Shown piece after piece: positions 11,390-20,418 of a DNA stretch of 64,000 bases (position 1 is the stretch's first letter; each line of letters starts with the position of its first letter). Under the pieces are notes generated by a model that was not told where the DNA came from, did no database searches, and saw only the letters and a program-made list of their open reading frames with translations. A program made the position numbers and the translations under genes. The stretch is from Rhodanobacter sp. Its GTDB lineage: Bacteria; Pseudomonadota; Gammaproteobacteria; Xanthomonadales; Rhodanobacteraceae. The stretch is taken from contig DZCM01000001.1 in assembly GCA_022730295.1 (NCBI GenBank), forward strand, positions 1,168-65,167, in the 5' to 3' direction.

Positions 11390-12671
11390 CTTCGTCGCGG
11401 TAACGCGCGCGCGCCACGATTCTTCCCAGCATCACCATCGTGCGCCGCAGCGCGCCGCGCTCACGCGCGCACACCGCGTGGGCGATGGCACCCATCTCGG
11501 TGAGTGCAGCCGGGTGACGCAGCAACTCCAGCACCGTAGTACCGAGCTCATGAGTCGAAGCGACTCGCCGGGCACCGCCAGCCTCGATCAGGCCGTGGGT
11601 GATTTCCTCGAAGTTGAAGGTATACCGTCCAACCACCACCGGCTTCGACAGAGCTGCGGGTTCCAGCACGTTGTGCCCACCAATCGGCACCAGCGAGCCG
11701 CCGACGAAGGCGAGATCGGCTGCAGCGAAATAGCGCATCAGCACACCCATCGCATCGATCACGAGGCACTGCGTTTCGGGACTGGCGTCTCCGCCGCCGT
11801 GGGTGGCCACCGCAAAACCGAGGCTGCGCGCGGTCTGCTCCACAGCATGGAAGCGTTCGGGGTGGCGCGCCGCGATCAGCAGCAATGCATCCGGCATGCG
11901 CGCCAGTATCGCCAGGTGGGCTTGGAACACAGCCAATTCTTCGCCCTCGTGGGTACTGGCGGCGATCCATACCGGCCGCGCCGGTCCCCAGCGCTCACGC
12001 AAGGCCGCGCCGACTTCACGTGCCCCCTTCGGCAGCGGTGTATCGAATTTGAGGTTGCCGGAAACCTGCACGCTTTCAGCACGGGCACCCAGCGCAAGAT
12101 AGCGGTCTGCGTCGGCGGGCGACTGCGCGGCAATCAGTGCGACGTTGCCGAGCGTCCGGCGCACCAGTGGCCGGATCGGCCGGTAACCGCGCAGCGAACG
12201 CTCCGACAAGCGCGCATTCACCACCGCCACCGGGATCCCACGCCGTCCGCACTGATGAAAGAGATTTGGCCAGATCTCGGTTTCCATCACCACGGCCAGC
12301 GCCGGCCGGATCCGATCGAGGAAGCGGCGCACCGCGGGCGGCAGGTCGTAGGGCAGGTAGACGTGAAACACACGCTCGCCGAACAGCTTGCGCACGCGTT
12401 CGGACCCGGTCGGCGTCACCGTGGTCACCACCAGCGTGCGCGGTGCATACCGATGCATCAGCGATTCGATCAAGGGCGCCGCCGCGTTGACTTCGCCCAC
12501 CGACACCGCGTGCACCCAGATTGCATCGCGCAGGCCCGGGTCCGGAAACAGCCCAAAACGCTCACGCCAGCGCCGGAAATATCCGCGATAGTGCAGCCCC
12601 CGCGCCACCAGCCGCCCCAGGATGACCGGCGTGGCCAGGTAAACCGCGGCGGTGTAGAGCAAACGCAGCAT
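11367..12671 (-). CDS. waaA: 3-deoxy-D-manno-octulosonic acid (Kdo) transferase
   Basis: N-terminal MLRLLYTAAVYLATP...RWRERFG and WVHAVSVGE motifs. ATG 12671. The 3' end overlaps the tolC 3' end by 23 bp (convergent genes). Confidence 0.9.
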   Translation of the reverse strand: MLRLLYTAAVYLATPVILGRLVARGLHYRGYFRRWRERFGLFPDPGLRDAIWVHAVSVGEVNAAAPLIESLMHRYAPRTLVVTTVTPTGSERVRKLFGERVFHVYLPYDLPPAVRRFLDRIRPALAVVMETEIWPNLFHQCGRRGIPVAVVNARLSERSLRGYRPIRPLVRRTLGNVALIAAQSPADADRYLALGARAESVQVSGNLKFDTPLPKGAREVGAALRERWGPARPVWIAASTHEGEELAVFQAHLAILARMPDALLLIAARHPERFHAVEQTARSLGFAVATHGGGDASPETQCLVIDAMGVLMRYFAAADLAFVGGSLVPIGGHNVLEPAALSKPVVVGRYTFNFEEITHGLIEAGGARRVASTHELGTTVLELLRHPAALTEMGAIAHAVCARERGALRRTMVMLGRIVARARYRDEAISAATR

Positions 12672-12736
12672 GCAGCCAGGACCGTGAACCGGGCGCAGCA
12701 GTATAGCTTTCAATGCGCGGGCGCCGCGGGGCGCGC

Positions 12737-13606
12737 TCAGGCGATCCAGCCGGCCAGCACGATCAGGGCCACCACCGCCAGCCATACGATCAGCACGCGC
12801 TGCATCAAGCGCCGCGCATCCGCCAACTCGGCGACCGGATCCAGCGTACTCAGCGTCGGACCGTCACCGGCGCGGATATCGGCATCGACGCCGGAGCGTG
12901 CGACCGCGCCCAGGAAATCCGGATCGAACTCCCAACCAGACCGGCCCGGTTGCCCATGCCAGGCACGCCAAGCACCAAGCACGGCATCGAAATCCGAAAC
13001 CAGTGCCATCGCAAGCACCATGAGGTGCGCGGGAATCCAGTCCAGCGCCAACGCGAAACGCCGCGCGGCGTGACGGGTACGTGGATCGAGGCCAGCGTCC
13101 ATCGCGGCAGTTACCCAGGCCAGCCGGTAGCCCAGCGCACCTGCAGGGCCCAGCAGGAAAAACCAGAACAGCACGCCGAACCTGCGTCGCAACGACGCCG
13201 TCACGCCCGCCTCGACCAACTCCGGGGCGGTGAATGCGCGCGGTGCACCATCCGGTACGCTGCGCAGCCGGGCGGCGGCCACGACACGCGCGGCAGCGTC
13301 TTCTTCCTCCAACACCGCTTCGAAGTCGCTCTCGAGCTCGCGCGGGCCGAAGGTATAGAACAGCATCAGGATCGCAAACGCGAGGCCAGCCAAGGTGTAT
13401 ATCCAACCCTGGATGAAGTGCGCGACCAACGCGCACACCAGCACCGGCAACACCAGCGCCAGCGCGACGCGCCCGCCACCCTCGGTGAAATCCAGCACGC
13501 CCAACCAGGCGCGATACCAACCGAACTGGCGCATACCCTCCATATTGCCAGGCCACGCCAGCAGCACCAGCAGCACGATCAGGGCGGCGACGAGTTCAAG
13601 GGCCAT
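12737..13606 (-). CDS. AmpE-like (CobD/CbiB-superfamily) inner-membrane protein
   Basis: 289-aa membrane ORF. The segments FWFFLLGPAGALGYRLAW and LDWIPAHLMVLAMALV resemble E. coli AmpE as I recall it. Confidence 0.5.
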   Translation of the reverse strand: MALELVAALIVLLVLLAWPGNMEGMRQFGWYRAWLGVLDFTEGGGRVALALVLPVLVCALVAHFIQGWIYTLAGLAFAILMLFYTFGPRELESDFEAVLEEEDAAARVVAAARLRSVPDGAPRAFTAPELVEAGVTASLRRRFGVLFWFFLLGPAGALGYRLAWVTAAMDAGLDPRTRHAARRFALALDWIPAHLMVLAMALVSDFDAVLGAWRAWHGQPGRSGWEFDPDFLGAVARSGVDADIRAGDGPTLSTLDPVAELADARRLMQRVLIVWLAVVALIVLAGWIA

Positions 13607-13655
13607 GCAAGCTCGCGTGAATTCATGGAATGTGGATGGATTCTAGCGGCGCAGT

Positions 13656-14579
13656 TCACCCGGCGCGTGGCAGCTTTTCGAGCTCCACGCCCGCCCGCTC
13701 ACGCAACCAGTGCTCGATCAGGCGATACGAGATCGACAACGGCGAGGACAACCTGAGCGAACCGTCACCCAGTCCGGCCTTGATTGCACTGGCGGTGAAC
13801 CAGCGCGCGTCTTCCAGCTCACCATCGGTCAGGGTGATCGCCCGCCCACTCGCCTGCGCCGTGAAGCCCAGCATCAGCGAAGCCGGGAAGGGCCACGGCT
13901 GCGAGGAATGGAAATCGCAATCGACGACTTCGATGCCGGTTTCCTCGCGCACCTCGCGGCGCACCGCATCAGCCAGCGATTCACCCGGTTCGACGAAACC
14001 GGCGAGCGTCGAATACTGGCCCGCCGGCCACGCGGCTTGCCGGCCCAGCAGGCAGGCGTCATTGTGCTCGACGATCACGATGATGGCGGCGTCGGTGCGC
14101 GGGAAGTGCAGGCGCTGGCATTGCGCGCAGCGCGCGCGATGGCCGCCGTCGATGAGCGCGAGCGGCATCCCGCAGTACGCGCAATGGCGGGTTGCATCCT
14201 GCCAGTTGGCAAGCGCACGCGCGTAGGCGACGAGGCCCGCTTCCGCGCGCTCGAGCTCCATCGCGATGCGGCGCAAGCTCGACCACGTTGCTGACGGCAA
14301 CATTGCGTGGCTCACCGGCTCGCGCAGGGTGAACACCGGCACGCCGTCGAGCTGGCCCAGGAAATTCGTGGCGGCAGTGGCCGCGATGGCAGCGCCATCC
14401 AGCCAACACACACCTGCACCAGCGATGGGTGCGCAGCCATCCTGGTCGAACGCGAGGAAGCGCGCGGCAGGCGACACACGTTGCGCCGTCAACCAGTCTG
14501 GATTGGCGCGATACTCGGCGCAGCGATCCAGCGGCGAGGCTGTAAAACAGTTGCGGCGCGTGCGCTGGGCGGAACTCAC
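13656..14579 (-). CDS. nudC: NAD+ diphosphatase NudC (Nudix hydrolase)
   Basis: Zinc ribbon CAYCGMPLALIDGGHRARCAQCQ plus Nudix box GFVEPGESLADAVRREVREETGI. Start taken as GTG 14579, directly after the erpA stop. The track ORF extends to 14690, so the start is uncertain. Confidence 0.8.
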   Translation of the reverse strand: MSSAQRTRRNCFTASPLDRCAEYRANPDWLTAQRVSPAARFLAFDQDGCAPIAGAGVCWLDGAAIAATAATNFLGQLDGVPVFTLREPVSHAMLPSATWSSLRRIAMELERAEAGLVAYARALANWQDATRHCAYCGMPLALIDGGHRARCAQCQRLHFPRTDAAIIVIVEHNDACLLGRQAAWPAGQYSTLAGFVEPGESLADAVRREVREETGIEVVDCDFHSSQPWPFPASLMLGFTAQASGRAITLTDGELEDARWFTASAIKAGLGDGSLRLSSPLSISYRLIEHWLRERAGVELEKLPRAG

Positions 14580-14580
14580 G

Positions 14581-14934
14581 TCAGGCCGTAAACGAGCTGC
14601 CGCATCCGCACGTGGTTTTCGCGTTCGGGTTGTGGACCACGAACTGCGCGCCGGACAGTTGCTCGACAAAATCGACTTCCGCGCCTTCAAGATATTGCAT
14701 GCTCAGCGGATCGACCAGCAACTGCACGCCGGCACGCTCGAGCACGTAATCGTCATCGCCACTCGTGTCTTCGAAGCTGAAGCCGTACTGGAACCCCGAA
14801 CAACCGCCGCCCTCGATGAAGACGCGCAGCTTGAGCGCGGGATTGCCTTCTTCGTGGATCAGCTCGCGCACGCGTGCCAGTGCGGCATCGGTGACGTTGA
14901 TGTTGAGATCGGGGCCTGCGGCGACGGCTTTCAT
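14581..14934 (-). CDS. erpA: Iron-sulfur cluster insertion protein ErpA (HesB/IscA family)
   Basis: 117 aa from ATG 14934. Contains GGGCSGFQY and the C-terminal CGCGSSF. Confidence 0.9.
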   Translation of the reverse strand: MKAVAAGPDLNINVTDAALARVRELIHEEGNPALKLRVFIEGGGCSGFQYGFSFEDTSGDDDYVLERAGVQLLVDPLSMQYLEGAEVDFVEQLSGAQFVVHNPNAKTTCGCGSSFTA

Positions 14935-14977
14935 GGGCGTGTCCTCGCGTCCATCATGGTGGCACCGCACAGCGCGA

Positions 14978-15715
14978 TCAAGGCGTGGTGACGCTGATGC
15001 CATGCGCGCCGGCTTGGGCTTCGCTCCACCCCAGCTTGCGGGTCACGTCGCTGCCATGCTCGGGGTGCAGGGTGATGTCGATCCGGTTCGGCAGGAAGCC
15101 CTTGGGCAGCATGAACGAGCCACGCACCTGCTGGAAGAACTTGAAGGCGTAGACCACGCCGCCCTTGGCGCCGGACCCGGCGAGCTCGGGCCAGGCCACG
15201 GTGATCAGCTTGCCGCTGCGCACACCCTCCACCGACAAGGTCAGCGTGCCGCGTGCGGAGTCGGCGTTCTTGGCTGTGTTGATCAGCGTGGCCACGAAGT
15301 TCCACGCCGCGGTGCCCGCCACCGGCGTCAAAACGATGCTGTGCACGCCGAGTCCCGAGCGGTCGCCGTCGATACCGATCAACTTGGCGTAGAAGGCCTG
15401 CTGTTGCTTGAGCGTCTGCAGTTCACTGTCACGACTGGTCATGGCAGCGCGCAGGGCATCAAGCGTCGTGGCGGCGGTCTTCTGCTGCTGCTGCAGGCTC
15501 TGCAGCTGGCTCTGGAGTTCGACGTTGTGCGTGGCCAGTGCGCGTGCCCGCGCGGCCAATCCATTGGGCAAGCCCACACCACGCCCGAACGCCACGCCCA
15601 ACGCAAACACGATCAGCACCGCCAACGCGGCCAGCGCCGCGCGGATCCGGTTTTGCCGCGGCTGCGGTTGCGCACGCAAGCGGTCGAGCCAGTGATGAAA
15701 AATCGTCGAAGCCAT
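14978..15715 (-). CDS. Membrane-anchored coiled-coil protein of unknown function (possibly DUF6776-like)
   Basis: ATG 15715 ([16 protein letters not shown]). One TM helix ([18 protein letters not shown]) followed by a Q-rich coiled coil ([12 protein letters not shown]). The family name is from memory only. Confidence 0.55.
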   Translation of the reverse strand: MASTIFHHWLDRLRAQPQPRQNRIRAALAALAVLIVFALGVAFGRGVGLPNGLAARARALATHNVELQSQLQSLQQQQKTAATTLDALRAAMTSRDSELQTLKQQQAFYAKLIGIDGDRSGLGVHSIVLTPVAGTAAWNFVATLINTAKNADSARGTLTLSVEGVRSGKLITVAWPELAGSGAKGGVVYAFKFFQQVRGSFMLPKGFLPNRIDITLHPEHGSDVTRKLGWSEAQAGAHGISVTTP

Positions 15716-15815
15716 GCGCGAACCCGATTTGAAACCGTCGCTTATAGCCATACACGCCGCGAGGCGCAACCCGAAGGCTTGCCGAAGCTTCTCCGGCTGT
15801 GCTTGAATCCAGTCC

Positions 15816-16331
15816 ATGATCGACGTGGACGGCTATCGCCTGAATGTGGGCATCGTGCTGCTCAACCCGCAGGGCCAGGTGTTCTGGGCGCGGCGGGTAC
15901 AGCGCGACGGCTGGCAGTTTCCGCAGGGCGGCATGAATACCGACGAAACCCCCGACGAGGCGATGTATCGCGAGTTGGAGGAGGAGACGGGCTTGCGTGC
16001 GACGCAAGTCGAGATCCTGGGTTCGACGCATGGCTGGCTGCGTTACCGCTTGCCGCACCGCTACGTACGCCGCAGCCAACGGCCCACCTGCATCGGCCAG
16101 AAGCAGGTGTGGTTCCTGCTGCGGCTGCTGGACGAGGAAAGTGCGTTCCGGCTGGATGCAGCCGCGACGCCGGAGTTCGATGTCTGGCGCTGGGTGGACT
16201 TCTGGTATCCGGCCGAGCACGTGGTGGATTTCAAGCGCGACGTGTACCGCCGGGCCTTGCGCTATTTCGCGCCGCTGGTGGAAGCGGCGTGTTCGGTGGA
16301 AATCGGCGGTTCTGCTTGCGAGCGTCCCTGA
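15816..16331 (+). CDS. rppH: RNA pyrophosphohydrolase RppH (NudH)
   Basis: Starts [15 protein letters not shown]. Nudix box [23 protein letters not shown]. Confidence 0.9.
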   Translation: MIDVDGYRLNVGIVLLNPQGQVFWARRVQRDGWQFPQGGMNTDETPDEAMYRELEEETGLRATQVEILGSTHGWLRYRLPHRYVRRSQRPTCIGQKQVWFLLRLLDEESAFRLDAAATPEFDVWRWVDFWYPAEHVVDFKRDVYRRALRYFAPLVEAACSVEIGGSACERP

Positions 16332-16451
16332 TCGCAGCTCCGGCGGACTCCGTTCCCGCTCGACTGTGCGAGACCCAGAACCCAACACGGCCATTGGCCT
16401 GACTTTCCACAACGGCTGCTTCGAGTCAGCATCCGGTCGCGCAAACCTACT

Positions 16452-16476
16452 TGACAATCATTCGCATTCGTATTTC
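16452..16476. promoter_or_regulatory. Putative Fur box overlapping the bfd promoter
   Basis: tTGACAATCATTCGCATTCGTATTTC resembles GATAATGATAATCATTATC and overlaps a TTGACA -35-like hexamer, about 30 nt upstream of the bfd ATG. Confidence 0.5.
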
Positions 16477-16501
16477 AATGGCAACCGCCCGAGGGTCCGC
16501 C

Positions 16502-16702
16502 ATGTACGTGTGCATCTGCAAAGCCGTTTCCGATCTGGACATCCGCCGTGCGGTAGCGCACGGCGCGTGCTCGTTCGAGGCCTTGCAGGCGGGTACCGGC
16601 TGCTCGACCTGCTGCGGCGGCTGCGAACACGAGGCCCGCGAACTGCTGGCCGACGCGCTTGAACGCGAGCAGGTAGCCCAAGCGCTGCCAATCGCGGCCT
16701 GA
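16502..16702 (+). CDS. bfd: Bacterioferritin-associated ferredoxin
   Basis: [11 protein letters not shown]...CSTCCGGC gives the [2Fe-2S] cysteine pattern. Lies directly upstream of bfr. Confidence 0.9.
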   Translation: MYVCICKAVSDLDIRRAVAHGACSFEALQAGTGCSTCCGGCEHEARELLADALEREQVAQALPIAA

Positions 16703-16836
16703 TTCGCAGCCTGGACCTCGGCCCGAACCGCCGCCAGCGACTGCAACCGATTATCAATCCGTCACGTCGCCGCACCGGGCGTTATAGTCATGACCGTTGC
16801 GCGCATTGCGCGCGCCATCGCAGCCGGGAGTCCAGC

Positions 16837-17307
16837 ATGCAAGGCGACGCCAAGGTCATCGAGCATCTCAACACGGCACTCGGCAACGAGTTGGTCGCGA
16901 TCAACCAGTATTTCCTGCACCACAAGATGTACGCCAACTGGGGCTACCGGGAACTGGCCGAGCACGAGCGCGCAGAATCGATCGACGAGATGAAGCACGC
17001 CGACCGGCTGATCGAGCGCATCCTGTTCCTGGAAGGACTGCCGAACCTGCAGAAACTCGGCAAGCTGCACGTTGGTCAGACGCCCAGGGAAACCATCGAG
17101 TGCGACCTCAAGCTGGAGCGCGCCGCCCTGCCGGACCTGCAGGCGGCAATCGCTCATTGCGAGCAGGTCGGCGATTACGCCAGCCGCACGCTGTTTGCCG
17201 AGATCCTGCGTTCCGAAGAAGAACACATCGACTGGCTGGAAACCCAGCTCAGCCTGATCGGGCAGGTGGGCCTGGAAAATTACCTGCAAACGCACATCCG
17301 GTCGTAG
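16837..17307 (+). CDS. bfr: Bacterioferritin
   Basis: 156 aa. [31 protein letters not shown] and [12 protein letters not shown] ferroxidase motifs. Confidence 0.95.
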   Translation: MQGDAKVIEHLNTALGNELVAINQYFLHHKMYANWGYRELAEHERAESIDEMKHADRLIERILFLEGLPNLQKLGKLHVGQTPRETIECDLKLERAALPDLQAAIAHCEQVGDYASRTLFAEILRSEEEHIDWLETQLSLIGQVGLENYLQTHIRS

Positions 17308-17344
17308 CACTCGAGAGCCTTGCAGCCCAACGGATAACGGACGC

Positions 17345-18034
17345 ATGCAACGGCGGGTCGTGCTCTCGTGGAGTTCCGGCAAGGACAGCGCATGGTCGCT
17401 GCACATGCTGCGGCAGGATCCGGACGTCGAGGTGATCGGGCTCCTGACCACCGTCAACACGACGCATCAACGCGTTGCGATGCACTCGACCCGGCTCGCG
17501 CTCGCCCGGGCACAGGCCGATGCAGCCGGACTGCCGCTGCATACCATCCCGTTGCCGTGGCCGTGCCCCAACGAGGTGTACGAACGCGAGATGCGCGGCG
17601 CGGTGGCCGACGCGGTCGCGCGCGGCGCCACGCATGTTGCGTTCGGCGACCTGTTCCTGGAAGACATTCGCGCGTACCGCATCCGGCAACTGCAAGGTTC
17701 AGGCCTGCAGCCGCTGTTCCCGCTCTGGGGTGAACCCACCGCAGCGCTCGCGCGCAAAATGATCGATGCCGGTCTGGTCGCGGTGGTGACTTGCGTGGAT
17801 CCCCGGCAGCTGCCCGCCACGTTCGCCGGACGCAGGTTCGACCACGCGATGCTGGATGAGCTGCCGGCGGGTGTCGATCCGTGCGGCGAGCACGGCGAAT
17901 TTCACACCTGCGTGCTTGCGGGCCCGATGTTTCGAGCACCCATACGCGCGGCAGTCGGCGAGATCGTCGAGCGCGACGGATTCTGCTTCGCAGATCTGAT
18001 TCCCGACACGACTGCGCCCGATCCTGCGCAGTGA
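17345..18034 (+). CDS. Dph6/MJ0570-related ATP pyrophosphatase (adenine nucleotide alpha-hydrolase superfamily)
   Basis: N-terminal PP-loop SWSSGKDS, and 229-aa length consistent with the family. Confidence 0.65.
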   Translation: MQRRVVLSWSSGKDSAWSLHMLRQDPDVEVIGLLTTVNTTHQRVAMHSTRLALARAQADAAGLPLHTIPLPWPCPNEVYEREMRGAVADAVARGATHVAFGDLFLEDIRAYRIRQLQGSGLQPLFPLWGEPTAALARKMIDAGLVAVVTCVDPRQLPATFAGRRFDHAMLDELPAGVDPCGEHGEFHTCVLAGPMFRAPIRAAVGEIVERDGFCFADLIPDTTAPDPAQ

Positions 18035-18093
18035 CGGGCACGCCACGCTGACACGCGCGCGGCTACCCGGGTTCGCATGGCAAGTGCGGCGAT

Positions 18094-20418
18094 CTACGAC
18101 CGCTTGTAGCGCGCGCGCAAGGCGGCTGCGGCGTGGGCGTAAAGCTTGTCCAGCGCCGCCACGCTGTCCATGGGATCGACCAGGACTCCGCGGCGCGCGG
18201 CTTCCTCGACCATGCGGGCGCGGCTGGACAAGGGCACCGCGCCCAGGTTCGCGCTGGACGATTTGAGCGAATGCGCAAGCTTGCCGACCTCGGCGCTGTC
18301 GCCGCGGGCGGCCGCTTCACGCAACTTTTGCATGCGGGCATCGCCATCGCGCAGGTAGGCGTCCACCAGCGTCACCAGTTCGTCACCCATGATGTCTTCG
18401 AGATCCACCAGGGTGGTGGCGTCGAGCGTGTCCGCGGGCGGCGCGGCAACGGTCACCGCGGCCAACTTGGTGGCCGCAACGGACACCGCGACCGTTACCG
18501 GATTTGCCGCGATTGCTTTTGGTGGCGGCGCGCTGGGGGCGCCAACCGGCGCATGCTGGATCCAGCGTGCCAGCGTTTCCGCCAGTTGCTTGCGATCGAG
18601 CGGCTTGGACAAGTAATCGTCCATGCCCGATTGCAGGCAGCGCTCGCGATCGCCGGCCATCGCGTGCGCCGTCATGGCGATCACCGGCGTGCGCGGCCTG
18701 GATTCCGCGCTTTCGATCTCGCGCAGCCGGCGGGTAGCACTGTAGCCATCCAGAATCGGCATCTGGCAATCCATCAACACCATCGAATACGCGCGGCCGC
18801 GCAACTTTTCCAACGCGACCTCGCCGTTCTCGGCAATGTCGACGGTCAAGCCCACCCGCTCCAACAACTTTTGCGCGACCTTCTGGTTGACCGGATGATC
18901 CTCGACCAGCAGCACGCTGCCGGCAAGCTGGGTGTCCTTGTCGATGGCCGCCGGCAAGGCCGGCACGCTCAACACCGGTTGCACCCGCGGCGCCGGCGCC
19001 ATGCCGAAGGCGCTACGCACACCCTGCCGCAAGGCGGAATCGTCGGCACGCGCCGAGGCAATGATCACCCGCGGATCAGGCGCCTCGTCCAGCCCCAGGG
19101 CCAACATGCGCAGCGAATCGAACTGGCGGTCACGCAGGAGCGCACGCAGCATGCCGGTCACGTCGCCGGCGACACTGCCCGCGTCCACCACCAGCAGGTT
19201 GAAATTGAAACTGTTGCCGAGCGGCGCGGCTTGCCGCAGGCGTGCCAGTGCCGCGCCGGTGTCGGCCACCTGGGTGGTTTCCAGTTCCAGCGCGCCGAGC
19301 ACCGGCAAGATGCTGTGTGTGCGTTGCGAACTGGCCAGCAACAAGGCGCGCGTCCCAGGCAGGTGCTTGTGCGCGCCGCTGATGTCGCCCGGTGCTTTTT
19401 CGAACGGGATCGTGAACCAGAACACCGAGCCGCGGCCGGGCTCCGAACGTACGCCGATGCGCCCACCCATCAGGTCGACGAGCTTCTTGCAGATCGTCAG
19501 GCCCAACCCGGTGCCGCCGTAGCGCCGCGTCACCGAGGCATCTGCCTGCGTGAACGGCTGGAACAAACGCGCGGCGGCATCCGGTGCGAGACCGATGCCG
19601 GTGTCGCGCACCGCAAACAGCAATTCGTGCTGGGTGTCGGTTTCGTTGCGACGGCTGACCCGCACCGACACGCCGCCACGCTGGGTGAACTTGAGGGCAT
19701 TGCCCATCAGGTTGGTGAGGATCTGGCGTACCCGCATCGGGTCGCCGCGCAGCAGTGGGCGTACATCGGCGTCGACGACCGCGCGCATCGCCAGGCCCTT
19801 GGCCTCGGCGGGTTTGTCCAGCAGGCGCTTCACGCCATCGACCAGTTCGCGCACGTTGAAGCTGACCGACTCCAGATCGAGCTTGCCGGCCTCGGCCTTG
19901 GAATAGTCGAGGATGTCATCGACGATCCGCAGCAATTCCTTGGCAGAAGCGTGCGAAGTGGCAAGGTACTCGCGCTGCACCGGCGTGAGGTCGGTACCGA
20001 GCACGATATCCAGCAGCGGCAGGATGCCATTCAGCGGTGTACGGATTTCGTGGCTCATGCTGGCCAGAAATTCGCTCTTGGCCAACATTGCCGATTCCGC
20101 CGCCTGCTTGGCGGCCAGCAACTCGCGCTGCACGCCGCGCAGCGACGTCAATTCCGACTGCGCCGACGCCAAGCGCGTGCGCATCGCCACATCCACTGCG
20201 TCGGGCACCACCGGCGCGCTGCTGACGCTGCGTGCTTCCCGGTCCGGGGCTGAGGTTCGCAGCAACCACAGCAGTACCAATGCCACCAGCAGCAGCGCCC
20301 ACACGACCAGCCGGTGTGGATACGCGACCCACCACGTAGCCACCACGCCGGCCGCCACCAGCGCGGCGCTGGCTATCAGCCGCATTCCCAACGCCATCCC
20401 TGCCTGCGCCGATGCCAT
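18094..20418 (-). CDS. Hybrid sensor histidine kinase: 2 TM, HisKA, HATPase, pseudo-receiver, REC, HPt
   Basis: H-box SHEIRTPLNG, G-box GGTGLGL, receiver LLVEDHPVNQ...DCQMPILDG...SKP, HPt AHSLKSSSANLGA. ATG 20418 overlaps the upstream stop (TGATG). The two N-terminal TM helices have almost no periplasmic loop between them. Confidence 0.85.
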   Translation of the reverse strand: MASAQAGMALGMRLIASAALVAAGVVATWWVAYPHRLVVWALLLVALVLLWLLRTSAPDREARSVSSAPVVPDAVDVAMRTRLASAQSELTSLRGVQRELLAAKQAAESAMLAKSEFLASMSHEIRTPLNGILPLLDIVLGTDLTPVQREYLATSHASAKELLRIVDDILDYSKAEAGKLDLESVSFNVRELVDGVKRLLDKPAEAKGLAMRAVVDADVRPLLRGDPMRVRQILTNLMGNALKFTQRGGVSVRVSRRNETDTQHELLFAVRDTGIGLAPDAAARLFQPFTQADASVTRRYGGTGLGLTICKKLVDLMGGRIGVRSEPGRGSVFWFTIPFEKAPGDISGAHKHLPGTRALLLASSQRTHSILPVLGALELETTQVADTGAALARLRQAAPLGNSFNFNLLVVDAGSVAGDVTGMLRALLRDRQFDSLRMLALGLDEAPDPRVIIASARADDSALRQGVRSAFGMAPAPRVQPVLSVPALPAAIDKDTQLAGSVLLVEDHPVNQKVAQKLLERVGLTVDIAENGEVALEKLRGRAYSMVLMDCQMPILDGYSATRRLREIESAESRPRTPVIAMTAHAMAGDRERCLQSGMDDYLSKPLDRKQLAETLARWIQHAPVGAPSAPPPKAIAANPVTVAVSVAATKLAAVTVAAPPADTLDATTLVDLEDIMGDELVTLVDAYLRDGDARMQKLREAAARGDSAEVGKLAHSLKSSSANLGAVPLSSRARMVEEAARRGVLVDPMDSVAALDKLYAHAAAALRARYKRS

